A DNA stretch of 64,000 nucleotides, taken from an uncultured Gemmatimonadales bacterium (GTDB lineage: Bacteria > Gemmatimonadota > Gemmatimonadetes > Gemmatimonadales > Gemmatimonadaceae). Under the pieces are notes generated by a model. It was not told the DNA's origin and ran no database searches. It was given only the letters and a program-made list of their open reading frames with translations. The DNA lies in NCBI GenBank assembly GCA_963707505.1, contig CAVPQB010000003.1, forward strand, positions 704,001 through 768,000. The letters run 5' to 3'. A program made the translations under genes and the position numbers. Shown piece by piece: positions 28,206 through 39,032 of the stretch (positions are counted from its first letter, which is position 1; the number at the start of each line of letters is the position of its first letter).

Positions 28206-28775
28206 TTATACGCCGAGAGCAGTCCAGTGGTTCTTCGATGATTCTATGCTGGTCGCGCTGGAATAGCCGGACTCGGCGCCACGCCAGGCAGCGATGTAGT
28301 CCGGAAGCTTCGGAGATGCGACACCGGGCATGAGTGCGCTCGCGACTTCAGTCGCCGGAAGGGTCCCACCCGAGCGCTTCAGAAATCTCACTCGTACGAT
28401 TCCGACCGCGACGACGCGACCGCGCACGAGGAATTGCTGGCGAATGTACAATGATTTCTCATCCCAGCCCAGCGTCCGTGTGCGAAGCTCGAAGCGCTCG
28501 AACAAGGGCAGCGATTCCCTGAACCGGATCGCCTCGGATGCAACCACGGTGTACCAGCCGCGACTCCTGAGCGCCTTCCAGACCCCGTTGCGAAGAATGG
28601 CATCGACACGGCCCAGGTCCATCAACGTGAGATAGCGGCCGTTGTTCATGTGGATGAGCACATCGACGTCGGTGGGCCACACCGTGAACGCCAATGATGT
28701 TTCCGCCAGCGGCTGCACCCGAGAGCGGCGTCGCGCCATGAAGAACACCCGTATCATTCGGAAGATGAGATTCAT
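28206..28775 (-). CDS. Thioesterase superfamily (hotdog fold) protein
   Basis: VWPTDVD..HMNNGRY..MDLGR. Confidence 0.85.
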   Translation of the reverse strand: MNLIFRMIRVFFMARRRSRVQPLAETSLAFTVWPTDVDVLIHMNNGRYLTLMDLGRVDAILRNGVWKALRSRGWYTVVASEAIRFRESLPLFERFELRTRTLGWDEKSLYIRQQFLVRGRVVAVGIVRVRFLKRSGGTLPATEVASALMPGVASPKLPDYIAAWRGAESGYSSATSIESSKNHWTALGV

Positions 28776-28795
28776 CGCGCGGATCTCCTCACGGT

Positions 28796-29203
28796 TCAAC
28801 TCCCTCGCTTGCGGAGGTGCTCGATCTGGCGTCGGTCTCGCTTGCTCGGTCTTCCCGCATCCTCTGCGCCAATCGCAATCTCCATACGGCGCTGCTCCAT
28901 CAGTTGCTCGCGTATCGCGCGACTCTCAGGCAGCTCATCGTAAAGCGTGGCCGCGACGGTCGCTGGCCCACGGCGATCGAATGTCGACCGTACCACGATC
29001 CGATGTTCGTACGGACCGAGCCTTACACGTACCTCGTCGCCGATCTTCAATCCCTTCGAGCGCTTGACTCGCTCACCGTTGAGATGAACCTTCCCGCCGT
29101 CGATCGCTTCAGCAGCGAGAGCTCGCGTCTTGAAGAAACGCGCTGCCCACAACCACTTGTCCAGCCGCACGACCTCGCTCGATTCACCGCTCCCGGGCTG
29201 CAT
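28796..29203 (-). CDS. hslR: Ribosome-associated heat shock protein Hsp15 (S4 domain)
   Basis: RLDKWLWAARFFKTR, RGPA..A..LY, GRPSKRDRR. Confidence 0.93.
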   Translation of the reverse strand: MQPGSGESSEVVRLDKWLWAARFFKTRALAAEAIDGGKVHLNGERVKRSKGLKIGDEVRVRLGPYEHRIVVRSTFDRRGPATVAATLYDELPESRAIREQLMEQRRMEIAIGAEDAGRPSKRDRRQIEHLRKRGS

Positions 29204-29204
29204 G

Positions 29205-30047
29205 CTATTCAGCTCCTCCAATTCGTCGCGGATCGAGCGCGTCTCGGAGCGCGTCGCCCAGCAGATTGAACCCGAGCACGGCTGCACCGATCGCCAGGCC
29301 AGGCGCGAGTGACGTCCACGGCGCGTTCCGAAGTTGGTCCAGATCGCGTCCGTCTGCAATCATGCTCCCCCAGCTCGCGGTCGGCGGCTGAATACCGAGA
29401 CCCAGGAACGACAGTGCGGCCTCCGCCATTATCGCACCCGCAATGCCCAGCGTTGCGGCGATCACGACCGGCCCCACCACGTTCGGCAAGACATGCAGCA
29501 GCATGATGCGCTCCCCGCGTGCGCCAAGCGCACGCGCAGCCTGCACGTATTCCAGATCGCGCACGACAAGCACCTGTCCGCGCACCAGTCGCGCAATTCC
29601 GGCCCAGCCGACTACACCAATCGTGATGAACACTACACTCATCGACGGCTGAAATGCGGCTGACATCGCGATCAGCAACAGCAGCGTCGGAAAGGCCAGC
29701 GTCACATCCGCGAGCCGCATCACGACCTCGTCGATCCAGCCGCGATAATAACCGGCGAGCAATCCGAGCGTGATCCCCAGACTCACTGCGATAGCCTGCG
29801 AGACGAGCCCGACCGCAAGCGACACGCGAGCGCCGTACACGAGCCGCGCCCAGACGTCGCGTCCCTGCACGTCGGTGCCAAGCCAGTGAGCCCGCGAGGG
29901 CGGATCGAGCAGGTGAATCAGGTCTATCGCATTGGGATTCTTTCCGGCGACTATCGGCGCAAAAACGGCCATTACCACCATTACAGCAATGACGGTAACA
30001 CCGATCCGCGTCCGCGTATCGGACATGAGCCTGCTGCCAGTGCTCAC
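29205..30047 (-). CDS. Peptide/nickel ABC transporter permease (DppC/OppC-type)
   Basis: HWLGTD.QGRD, EYVQAARALGA, HVLPN, EAALSFLGLG..P..SWG. Confidence 0.92.
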   Translation of the reverse strand: MSTGSRLMSDTRTRIGVTVIAVMVVMAVFAPIVAGKNPNAIDLIHLLDPPSRAHWLGTDVQGRDVWARLVYGARVSLAVGLVSQAIAVSLGITLGLLAGYYRGWIDEVVMRLADVTLAFPTLLLLIAMSAAFQPSMSVVFITIGVVGWAGIARLVRGQVLVVRDLEYVQAARALGARGERIMLLHVLPNVVGPVVIAATLGIAGAIMAEAALSFLGLGIQPPTASWGSMIADGRDLDQLRNAPWTSLAPGLAIGAAVLGFNLLGDALRDALDPRRIGGAE

Positions 30048-30979
30048 AAACTCGGGTCCCTGAGCTCAGGCGGGGTGCCGTCCGGCTGGCGACGCCAGCG
30101 GCGATGGTGCCAGAAGTACTGCTCCGGGGCGCTACGCACCCAACGCTCCAGTATCGCGGTGTAATTGGCGACTATCGCATCGACGTCAGCCTCGCGATTG
30201 CCGGTGCGAATGATCGGGACACGCTCGACGCTGACGCGATAGCGCCCGCTTGCCTGCCTCAGCGCCGTGACGAACAGCGTTGGCGTATCGTACTTCATTG
30301 CAAATACGGCAGCTCCACGCGGCGTCTTGGCTGGCCTGCCGAAGAATGGGACAAAAGTCGATGCGAGACCCATCACGCCCTGATCTGAAACGAACGCGAC
30401 AGCTCTCCCCTCTCGCAGTGATCTCGGCGTTCGGCGCGCCGCCTCGTAGTCACGAACAACGGTCATTCCCAGCGTAGCGCGCGTCTCGTTGATATATGCG
30501 TCGAACAGCGGATTCGCCTGCGTACGCACGATGACGTCCATGGGAACACCGCGCGCTGCTACATACGCACCGGCGAGCTCCCAGTTCCCGAGGTGCCCTG
30601 TTACGAGCACAGCGCCACGTCCATGTGAGATCGCGTCCTCTACCAGCTCGAATCCGTCGACGGATTCGACCATGTCGAGCACACCTTTCTGGCCGATCGA
30701 AGGCAGCAATGCAGTCTCGATGGAGGAGCGCCCGAGATGCGCGTAGGCCTTTCGCGCGAGGTCGTGCACTTCCTGCTCGGACAACTCCGGAAACGCGGCG
30801 GCGATCTGGCGCTCGACGACGTGTCTGCGTATTCCGAGCGGTCGGTATCCGATGCTGCCAAGCCTGGATCCAAACCCGCACGCGACATCCCATGGAAGCG
30901 CGTGCAACGTACCGACCACCGTACGGAGAGCGTAGTATTCAGCGCGATGCGACGCGGTCGGCCGTGGTGCATCAGCCAT
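30044..30979 (-). CDS. Lipid A biosynthesis lauroyl/myristoyl acyltransferase (LpxL/HtrB family)
   Basis: GHLGNWE, DQ, VPFFG, PEQYFW.HRRW. Confidence 0.9.
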   Translation of the reverse strand: MADAPRPTASHRAEYYALRTVVGTLHALPWDVACGFGSRLGSIGYRPLGIRRHVVERQIAAAFPELSEQEVHDLARKAYAHLGRSSIETALLPSIGQKGVLDMVESVDGFELVEDAISHGRGAVLVTGHLGNWELAGAYVAARGVPMDVIVRTQANPLFDAYINETRATLGMTVVRDYEAARRTPRSLREGRAVAFVSDQGVMGLASTFVPFFGRPAKTPRGAAVFAMKYDTPTLFVTALRQASGRYRVSVERVPIIRTGNREADVDAIVANYTAILERWVRSAPEQYFWHHRRWRRQPDGTPPELRDPSL

Positions 30980-32141
30980 TCGCGACGCACTCCCGGACAA
31001 ATCGTGCCGTGTCGTGCGCAACGCGGTCCCAGTTCATGCGAGTCTCCACGGCCTCCCGGCCTGCAATGCCCATCTCGGTGCGCTTCTCCGCATCGCGCAA
31101 CAATACAGCAAGCGCATCCGCGATGGATTGCGCGTTCGCCGGCTCGACGATGATCCCGCACTCGCCTTCGCGAACCAGCGAGCGTACGCCGCCAGCGTCG
31201 CTCGTGACCACCGGAAGTGCGGTTGCCTGCGCTTCAATCAGCGAGATACCATTCGCAGCGACTGTCGCATCCGGAGCGGGGCGCGATGCGTCAAGATAAA
31301 TCGTCGATGTCGCGTATGCCTCGGGCAACTCGTCATCGCGCATCGGACCCGCGAATCCAATCCGGTCCATGACGTTCATATCCGCCGCAAGATTCCGTAA
31401 GCGAGCTTCGTCGCTGCCTTCACCAACCAGAACGTAGCGCAGGTTCGGGAACTCGTCGCGGAGCAGCGCGATCGCCTCGATGCCGGCATCCTGTCCCTTG
31501 TCCGGCACGAGACGCGCGACGGTGAGCACGATCGGCGCGCGCCGAATTCCCCAGCGCTGCCGGAGCGTTCCGCTATCACGCCCGGGACCAAACAGCGCTG
31601 GGTCAGTACCCAGGCCGGGTGCAGCCACAGGCGGTGGTTGCGTGATCCCGATCTCCTGCATGAGCTCACGCGTGAGAATCGCTACGTAGTCGGTCGTGGC
31701 AACGACGCCAGCCGCATCGCCAAGCAGCAACCGCACCGAGCGCCGAGCCAACGATCCGGCTTGCGCCATCTCGCGCGCGCGATTCAGGTCGCGGGCGCTG
31801 ACATATATGATGTACGGAACCCGCGACCGTTTGTGAGCACTCCGCACCACGCGCCCCGCGACGCCCATACCGCCGCAATGCAGCACCTGAACACGTCCCT
31901 TGCAGCGCGCCGCAAGCCAGTTCTGCCACCGCATGCGACTGAGGAAGCCGTCCGCGGCATCATATCCGAACGATTGCCGCTCGATCTTGTATTCCTCGGC
32001 AGCATCGTAGCGCGCCGACTCGCGGGTTGCGACGGTCGAGACGGACATCGGCTCTGGATACTGCCGCGCCAGCGCAACGTGACGGCGCGATGCGCCGCTG
32101 AATGTGGGAAGAAAGTCCTTTGTAACGAAAAGATGTTGCAA
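30972..32141 (-). CDS. Glycosyltransferase family 4
   Basis: VTKDFLP, VARLVPDKG, LVGEG, GISLIEA..LPVV..GG; start uncertain. Confidence 0.85.
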   Translation of the reverse strand: MQHLFVTKDFLPTFSGASRRHVALARQYPEPMSVSTVATRESARYDAAEEYKIERQSFGYDAADGFLSRMRWQNWLAARCKGRVQVLHCGGMGVAGRVVRSAHKRSRVPYIIYVSARDLNRAREMAQAGSLARRSVRLLLGDAAGVVATTDYVAILTRELMQEIGITQPPPVAAPGLGTDPALFGPGRDSGTLRQRWGIRRAPIVLTVARLVPDKGQDAGIEAIALLRDEFPNLRYVLVGEGSDEARLRNLAADMNVMDRIGFAGPMRDDELPEAYATSTIYLDASRPAPDATVAANGISLIEAQATALPVVTSDAGGVRSLVREGECGIIVEPANAQSIADALAVLLRDAEKRTEMGIAGREAVETRMNWDRVAHDTARFVRECVANG

Positions 32142-32146
32142 CGGTG

Positions 32147-33117
32147 CTATCCGGTTACCGACGTAGCCGTCCACGCTTCACCGGACAGGAGATTGGCGAT
32201 GCGCTGATCGTACGTGTGGTTCTTGCGAACGAATTGCTCTCCTTCGCGCCTGATCCGCTCGCGGGCCACAGGATCGCGGAGATAATGATCGAGCTTGGTG
32301 CCGCAGTCTTCGGCGTCAGTGTACCACGCGCAGTGCTTTCCATCGATCAGAAATTGCGTGACACCGGCGGTTCCGTGGCCCAGGTAGAACGCGCCCGCCA
32401 GCATCACCATCCACGTGCGATCGGAGGTGTAGGTAATCCCACCGGCAGCGCGCGACGGATTGATGCCAAGCACGACCGCCGAGCTGGAGCAGACCTGCGC
32501 AAACTCCCTTCCCTCGATGGAGCGCCCGTTCCACTTGAGTTCGCCGCGCCAGCGCTCCCACCCCGGGCCATAGACGCGGACGTCGTGGCGTCTGGCCAGT
32601 TGCAGCAATAGATCCGCACGCGATGGGTCGTATCCCGTTCCAATGAACGCTGCATCGGCTGCGTACGCCGGATCGGGCACGACAGGTCTGATATCCGGAA
32701 TCGCCAGCTGCCGGAAGAAATTTCGCGTTGGTGCCCAATGCACGCCATTCAGCGTCGAAGCCGGTGACGAAAAAGGTGTGAGCGAGTCGCGCGACAGCCA
32801 GCGATGTGGCCGATGTCGGGTCGGTCGGTGTCGCGAAACCACTGCGGATCGTGATACCACATCGCGTTCTGCGTACCGCCCACCAACCGGCGCACGGTCT
32901 CCAGGTCCAGTGCCAGACACTTGGACAGAAAAATGAAATCCGGCCTGAAATGCCGAGCGCGCGCACGAACCATGTGCTGGGTCATGCGCCACCCGATCGC
33001 GCGTTTCGTTCGCCGGTCGTCGACAATCAGTGTCTCGTGCCCCGCTCGACGAAGCGCACGCTCTGTCGCGGCTTCCATGCGCCACGGGTTGGAGCTTCCG
33101 ATGATCAGGACTCGCAT
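32147..33117 (-). pseudogene. CgeB-like (Glyco_trans_1_2) glycosyltransferase with two apparent +1 frameshifts (~32800, ~32697); may be sequencing errors
   Basis: One protein pieced across three frames: MRVLIIG..WYHD..HI / LAVARLAHTFFVT..FLPAAGD / IRPV..FIGT..VYGPGW..SDR..HTYDQR. Confidence 0.75.
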
Positions 33118-33866
33118 TGCATGGCCCATAGTCGAACGTACTTTGCGCACACGCTTGCCGCAGCGAGCGACGCCAGTACCGCGCCGCGCGCGCCGTCGAG
33201 AAATCCCATGCGAAAGATGAACATCGAGATGAAACGCGCCGGCGGCTTGAAGATGATCGCCGCGAGCGAGCCACGCCTGCCGCGCCGCGCTTGATCTTCT
33301 GCCCACCAGCGACTGTAGCGCACGAACTTCTCGAAATAGATGTCCAGCGACGCGTACGGGTAGTGTAGCAGCGCGGCGCCGAGCGTCGCCGGCTCCTCGT
33401 TGGTGAGAACGTGTTCGTGCACGCGGCTGTCGTTGTATCGCAATGCGGAGTCGAACAATCTCACTGGGCGATCCGTCTCCCAGCCGCCGTGCCGGATCTC
33501 ACGTCCAAGAAAGAAATTCCGGCGGGGAACGCGATACGCGCCGGATGCCGGACGCGAGATTGCCTCGCGCACCGCTTGCGCAAGCTCGGCGGTACCTCGC
33601 TCATCGGCATCGACGACCAGAACCCACCTATTCCGCGCTCGTGCTATGGCGGCGTTCCGCAGTGCGCCAATGGTTGCGGCATCCTGAGAGACGACAGTCG
33701 CTCCCGCTCCTGTCGCCAGCTCGCCCGTATCATCACTCGATCCCTGATCGACAACGAGTATCTCGCTCGCCCAGCGCACCGATTCGATGCACCCCATGAT
33801 GTTCGCGGCTTCGTTCCTGGCCGCTATCACCACGGATACCGGCATACGTTCCGGCGTGTTTGGCAC
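33105..33866 (-). CDS. Glycosyltransferase family 2 (WaaE/KdtX-like LPS core glucosyltransferase)
   Basis: SVVIAARNE, VDQGSSDDT, DADE, RLF, VHE. Confidence 0.9.
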   Translation of the reverse strand: MPNTPERMPVSVVIAARNEAANIMGCIESVRWASEILVVDQGSSDDTGELATGAGATVVSQDAATIGALRNAAIARARNRWVLVVDADERGTAELAQAVREAISRPASGAYRVPRRNFFLGREIRHGGWETDRPVRLFDSALRYNDSRVHEHVLTNEEPATLGAALLHYPYASLDIYFEKFVRYSRWWAEDQARRGRRGSLAAIIFKPPARFISMFIFRMGFLDGARGAVLASLAAASVCAKYVRLWAMQCES

Positions 33867-33867
33867 G

Positions 33868-34971
33868 TCAGCGTTTTCGCCTGGCTGTTACCGCGGCTGC
33901 GGCATGCTCGAAGCCGTCTACCATTGCGGCTTCGCCCCCCTCGCGCGCGACGCGGCCGCGCGCTGCCGCTCCCATGGCCTCACGCCGACTATCGCTTGTG
34001 AGCAGCTCTGCCGCCGCAGCCGCGGTCATGAACGCATCGTCGCTTGGCACGAGCATGCCGGTAATGTCGTTGAGCACGTACTGTTCGGCAACGGATCGCT
34101 CGGGTGCGAGAACCGGGATTCCGAGCGACATGAAATCCAGTATGCCGAACACGGCCGTATCGGAATCGGCAACGACCCAGCCGAGCCTCGCGCGTCGCAT
34201 TACCTCCAGATGATCGGCGCGGTCACCGAGAAACGTCACGAGACCGAGTGCGCCGAGTGCCGCCGCCTGCATCTTGAGGTCGTCGTCGTACGTCCCTCCG
34301 CCTCCTCCGTCGCCGACGATCGTGAGATGCAAGCCCGCGTGTCGCGGAGCCAGCATCGCGACCGTACGAATCGCAGCGGCCGCGCGACTGCGCGACGATG
34401 CGTCGTGGATGCACACAACGTTTACTTCGTCGCCGAGAAGGTCGGTTGCATTTTGCGGCGGCGCCTCGGCAACGCCCATTGGTGCGATCACCTTGCCGAC
34501 CGCTCCGCGCGGGAGCGCGACCGCGCTCGAATCCTGCTCCGTCGCGAACAGATAGCACGTGGGCGCGATGCGCGCCGCGAATCGTCCTGTGCCGCGAATT
34601 TCGAGCGCTCCCCCTCCCGCCCGGATCCGCCGAATCACGCGCGCGCGAGAACCGACGCGATAGGCAATCGCCGCGATGAGATGCTCACGATCGCTGTCCA
34701 CCAGCACCACGTCGGAGCGATGTTGTCGCGCGAGACGCGCGAGCCTGCGCGCAGCGCCGATCCACATCCCACGGAGATCCATCGCCTCGACTTCCAGCAA
34801 CGACCGCTCCGGAGACGTTGCTGTCTCCGATACCACCCGCTCTACCGTGCTGTCACGCTCCGCTGCAAACACAACTGCGTGCCCGCGGCGCGCGAGTCCG
34901 TGCGCGGCGACCGCGAACGCTCGCGCAGTGCCGGACCACTCCCGGCCCGCATGAAGAAACAGGTAATTCAC
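33868..34971 (-). CDS. Glycosyltransferase family 4 (divergent)
   Basis: WSG..RGHAV, LTIVGDG, VTFLG.R, TGMLVP, REAMGAAAR.RV; GTG start just after the ABC exporter stop. Confidence 0.8.
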   Translation of the reverse strand: MNYLFLHAGREWSGTARAFAVAAHGLARRGHAVVFAAERDSTVERVVSETATSPERSLLEVEAMDLRGMWIGAARRLARLARQHRSDVVLVDSDREHLIAAIAYRVGSRARVIRRIRAGGGALEIRGTGRFAARIAPTCYLFATEQDSSAVALPRGAVGKVIAPMGVAEAPPQNATDLLGDEVNVVCIHDASSRSRAAAAIRTVAMLAPRHAGLHLTIVGDGGGGGTYDDDLKMQAAALGALGLVTFLGDRADHLEVMRRARLGWVVADSDTAVFGILDFMSLGIPVLAPERSVAEQYVLNDITGMLVPSDDAFMTAAAAAELLTSDSRREAMGAAARGRVAREGGEAAMVDGFEHAAAAVTARRKR

Positions 34972-34972
34972 A

Positions 34973-36913
34973 TCAGCTGAAAGAAGGAACCGGCGTCGCG
35001 TCCGGCACGGTATCGACGCGGGTTGCGCTGCGGAACTGCATGTCGTACAACCGCGAGTACGCGCCCTGTTGCGCACGCAGCTCGTCATGCGTACCGGATT
35101 CGATTATCCGTCCCCTGTCCAGCACGAGTATCTGCGTAGCATGGCGCACGGTCGAAAGCCGATGTGCGATTACGAAGACTGTGCGGCCTTCCAGCAGCCG
35201 GTCGATCGCCGCCTGTACCAGTCGCTCCGACTCCGTGTCGAGCGCAGACGTCGCCTCATCCAGGATCAGGATCGGCGGATCCAGCAACAACGCGCGCGCG
35301 ATCGCGATGCGCTGACGCTGTCCGCCCGACAATCGCGTACCACGCTCGCCAAGCATGGTTGCGTAACCCTCCGGGAGCGCGGTAATGAATGCATGGGCGT
35401 TCGCCGCTCGTGCGGCAGCCTCGACTTCGGCGTCGCTGTACCTGTTCGGCATTCCGTATGCGAGGTTGTTGCGCACTGTATCGTGAAAGAGAACCGTGTC
35501 CTGACTCACGATCCCGATCAGCGACCGCAGCGAGCTCAGCGTCATGGTTCGCGTGTCCACGCCGTCAATCGTGATGCTTCCTGCCGTCGGCTCGTAGAAC
35601 CTCGGTATCAGATCCACGAGCGTAGTCTTTCCCGCTCCGCTCGCGCCGACGAGTGCAATCACGTCACCACGGGACGCGGTGAATGATACGTCCCGCAGCA
35701 CCGGAGTCTCGCGCCGGCCCGACTCGCTCTCGTACGAGAACCCGACATTGTCGAACCGTACGTCCCGGTGAAAGCCATCGACGCGAATCGTACCCCGATC
35801 ACGCTCCTGCTCCGACGGCGTATCCAGAATGTCAAACAGACGCTCCGCGGATGCCAGCGACGACTGCGCGGTGGCGCGAACCGCCGTCAGCTGCTTGAGT
35901 GGCTGAAGCAGACGCAGCACGAATACCAGAAATGTTATGAGATCTGCGCCGGTCAGCGACCTGTCCACGAGCACCTGGTGCGCGCCAACCCACAGCAGCG
36001 TCACCGCGATCAGCATTCCGATGACCTCGGTCACCGGCGGCGCCAGAAAGGACAGTTTCGTTAGTCGAACAGTCGTTCGAGCGTAGGTATCACTCGCGTT
36101 CGTGAATCGACGCTCCTCGAACTCCTCGGCGCCAAACGATTTGACCAGCCGGACGCCGGAGACAGTCTCCTGCAGCACGCTCGCCATCTCCCCGTGCTGA
36201 TTTCCACGCCGGCGATTACCGCGGCGCAGCTTCTTCAGCAAGGGTTGCAGAACCAGACTCAGAATCGGGACGATCACCAGCGCCATGAGCGTCAGCCGCC
36301 ACGATATGTCGAAGAGAAACGCGATGGTCGACACAACGAGCGCCGCTGCCTGGAGAGACTGCGTCACTATCTGCGTGAGGACCAGCCGAGTCTCGAACGT
36401 GTCGTTCAGAACTCGCGAGATTATCTGGCCCGACTTGGTGCGCGTGAAGTACGTGAGAGGGAGCCGCGCAAGGTGCCTGTAAACCGAGTTCCGCAGATCG
36501 CGCGTCACATATTCCTGCAGCTCCGCGCCGAACTGACCACTCACCCAGACGAGCACGTTCTTCGCGATCACCACGATCATGACGACGAAGATGACGTTTC
36601 TGAGCGAGCTCATCTTGTCGCCGCTCACCATCAGCTGTCCGACGGTGGCGTGAAGAAGATCGGATACCCATCCGGCCTTTATGTCCAGCGCCGGACGGTC
36701 GAACAGCGTGTTGAGGAACGGAATGAGCAGCGCAACCGAGAACGCATCCAGCAGTGCGGCGCCGATGTTGGTGGCGATCGCCCCGACCATCCGCCACGAG
36801 TGCGGCTTGAGGAAGGGAAGCAGCCGTCGATATATGGAGATTCCAGCACCTCTTCCCTGTTCCGCCGCGCGAATGCCAACCGGCGCGGCGGCCGGCTCTA
36901 CAGTTGTTGCCAC
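34973..36913 (-). CDS. msbA: ABC exporter, permease-ATPase fusion (MsbA-like lipid A flippase)
   Basis: TM domain; GASGAGKT, LSGGQRQR, ILDEATSALD, IAHRLST; sits in an LPS operon. Confidence 0.8.
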   Translation of the reverse strand: MATTVEPAAAPVGIRAAEQGRGAGISIYRRLLPFLKPHSWRMVGAIATNIGAALLDAFSVALLIPFLNTLFDRPALDIKAGWVSDLLHATVGQLMVSGDKMSSLRNVIFVVMIVVIAKNVLVWVSGQFGAELQEYVTRDLRNSVYRHLARLPLTYFTRTKSGQIISRVLNDTFETRLVLTQIVTQSLQAAALVVSTIAFLFDISWRLTLMALVIVPILSLVLQPLLKKLRRGNRRRGNQHGEMASVLQETVSGVRLVKSFGAEEFEERRFTNASDTYARTTVRLTKLSFLAPPVTEVIGMLIAVTLLWVGAHQVLVDRSLTGADLITFLVFVLRLLQPLKQLTAVRATAQSSLASAERLFDILDTPSEQERDRGTIRVDGFHRDVRFDNVGFSYESESGRRETPVLRDVSFTASRGDVIALVGASGAGKTTLVDLIPRFYEPTAGSITIDGVDTRTMTLSSLRSLIGIVSQDTVLFHDTVRNNLAYGMPNRYSDAEVEAAARAANAHAFITALPEGYATMLGERGTRLSGGQRQRIAIARALLLDPPILILDEATSALDTESERLVQAAIDRLLEGRTVFVIAHRLSTVRHATQILVLDRGRIIESGTHDELRAQQGAYSRLYDMQFRSATRVDTVPDATPVPSFS

Positions 36914-38475
36914 TAACGTCTGGGTGTGAGAAGAGCGAGCGGCAGAATCACCTCTTCCGGTGACACACCGCCATGCAGAAACGATCCGCGATAGCGACTC
37001 TGATATTCGCGAAGCTTTGTTGGATACACGAAGAAGCAATCGTTGCGCGCGAGGAGAGTGTTCACGTTATGTCCCCGCTGGGGAAGTTTCAATGTGTCGG
37101 GATTCGGGAACAACAGCGCCTGATCGGCCGATTCCGCGCGGAGATCCTCGCCGAATTTGTACCGGAGGTTGGCGCTTGCATCGCGCTTCGCGAATACCGT
37201 CGCCGGCGTGTTGCAGTGGATCGAGCCGTGATCCGTCGTCAACAGCACGGAGACCTTTCGCGCAGACGCCTCGCGCAGCAGACCGAGCAGCGCAGACCGC
37301 TCGAACCACTGACGCGTGAGGCGGCGCAGCGCAATCTCGTCACGCGCTACTTCATACAGAATCTGGGACTCGCTACGGCCATGCGTCAGCAGATCGACAA
37401 AATTGAATACGAAAGCGCTCACACCCTCCGGCGCGATCGCCGTCCCCATGTGACGCTGCGAGGTCGTCGGAGCCGGCCGCGGTTGATATCTTCTGATACC
37501 GAACATGGGTCTCTCCACGCAGCTCCCGGAGATGCGCCTCCAGAAGCTCGCGCTCGTGCGCGTTGAGCGACTCGTCGTCCTGCGCTCCCCACCATTCCGG
37601 ATAACGCGTCGCGATCTCGCCTGGAAACAGTCCGCTGAAGAGCGAGTTGCGCGAGTACGGAGTCGCCGTCGGAAGCACGGCGTAGTAGTGCGTGGTCTCT
37701 ACTTCGAAGTACGGTGCAAGCAAGGGTTCGAGAACGCGCCACTGGTCCAGCCGAAGGCAGTCGACCACGATGAATACCGCCGCCTTCTCGCGTTCCAGAA
37801 TCGGCGTCAGAAATTCGCCGACGATGTCGATCGAGAGCGCCGGACGCTCACCGTTCAGGTCCGCCAGCCACGCCGGATACGCGGTCTGCATGTAGTCGGC
37901 GAACTCGCGGTGCATGTCGCTGTACAGACCCTGGAGCGAATCGTAGAGCCCACGCTCGTCGGCTTCGGCCAGATCCACGTCCCAACGCATCAGCTCGTCG
38001 TATCGCTCGATCCATCCGCGCCAGTCGAGATCCCGTGCGCGCTCCAGCTCCAGCGCGCGGAACCGCTCGACGAACGCACGTGCGATTGCCTGCGACCTGA
38101 TTCGCGGCCCGTCCAGAATGCGCGTGATGACGGATAGCACCTGTCGCGGATTCACCGGCTTGACGAGATAATCGCGGATGTTCGCGCCGATCGCCTCGCG
38201 CAGCGTCGAATCCTCCTCGCTCTTCGTGACCATCACAACGGGAAGATTCGGCGCGATCTCACGGACTTCGCGGTACGCTTCCAACCCACGCGTTCCCGGC
38301 ATCTGCTCGTCCAACAGGAGCAGATCGAACGTTCTCTACGCAACAGCTCGACCGCGTCATCCGCGTTCGTCGCGCATTCCACGTCGTATCCCTTGGAACG
38401 CAGGAAAATGCAGTGTGATTCGAGAAGGTCGCTCTCGTCGTCCACCCACAGGACAGATTTTGCTCTCAAAGCCAT
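36913..38475 (-). pseudogene. PorX-like response regulator-PglZ (alkaline phosphatase superfamily) protein with two apparent frameshifts (~38330, ~37460); may be sequencing errors
   Basis: REC: LWVDDE / LLDEQMPG..YLVKP; PglZ: VVDCLR, LPTATPYSRN, VDLLTH, TTDHG, HGGVSPEE, spread over three ORFs. Confidence 0.85.
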
Positions 38476-38556
38476 GGCTTCATAAAGGTATCCGCCCCGC
38501 CGTTCGGACAAGTGTTCAATGTAGCCCCTCCTCCGTTATGTGCCTAGATTCCGCGC

Positions 38557-39017
38557 GTGACCGCCATCCCAGTCCAGCCCGCGGTGAGCCAGGTCGCCCC
38601 GCGCGCACCGCTCCCCCTGCCCCTCCGTACTCGCTCGAGCCGGTTCTGTTCGCAATCCCGGCACTGGCTGAATGTGCAGGATCAGCCACACTTGGCGGGG
38701 ATCGCGAGATGGCGCTGGCGGCACTCACCACTGCACGGTTGATGCTCGCGACGATTCCGCCCATTCTTCTTCTTGAAGCGGAGCGCGTAACACGCGCCGA
38801 ACGCGCTCGGAGCTGGCTCTCGGCACTCACCATGCCTCAGCCGGCACGGATGGCAATCCTGCGCTCGATCGACGCCAGTGTTTCAGGCGGCATCGATGCA
38901 GCAGCCAGCCTCCGCGAGCTGATGCAAGTTCTTACCGGACATCTCTCTCCAGCAGCGCTCACCGAGCTTGGCATGCTCGCCGAGAGGCTCCGTCTATATT
39001 ACGAGCAAACCCCTTAG
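38557..39017 (+). CDS. Hypothetical alpha-helical protein upstream of yebC (start either ATG 38538 in frame, or GTG 38557 with a C-run indel near 38615)
   Basis: Coding-like body PYSLEPVLFAIPALA..LGGDREMALA; TAGATT lies 6 nt before GTG 38557. Confidence 0.6.
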
Positions 39018-39032
39018 ACCGACGCAGGATCC

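Noticed and set aside
33787..34980. 397-aa plus-strand ORF
   Set aside because: Antisense shadow of the GT4 gene
36913..38475. PglZ domain as evidence of a BREX defence system
   Set aside because: REC-PglZ (PorX-type) architecture; no brxC, pglX, brxL or similar genes in the window
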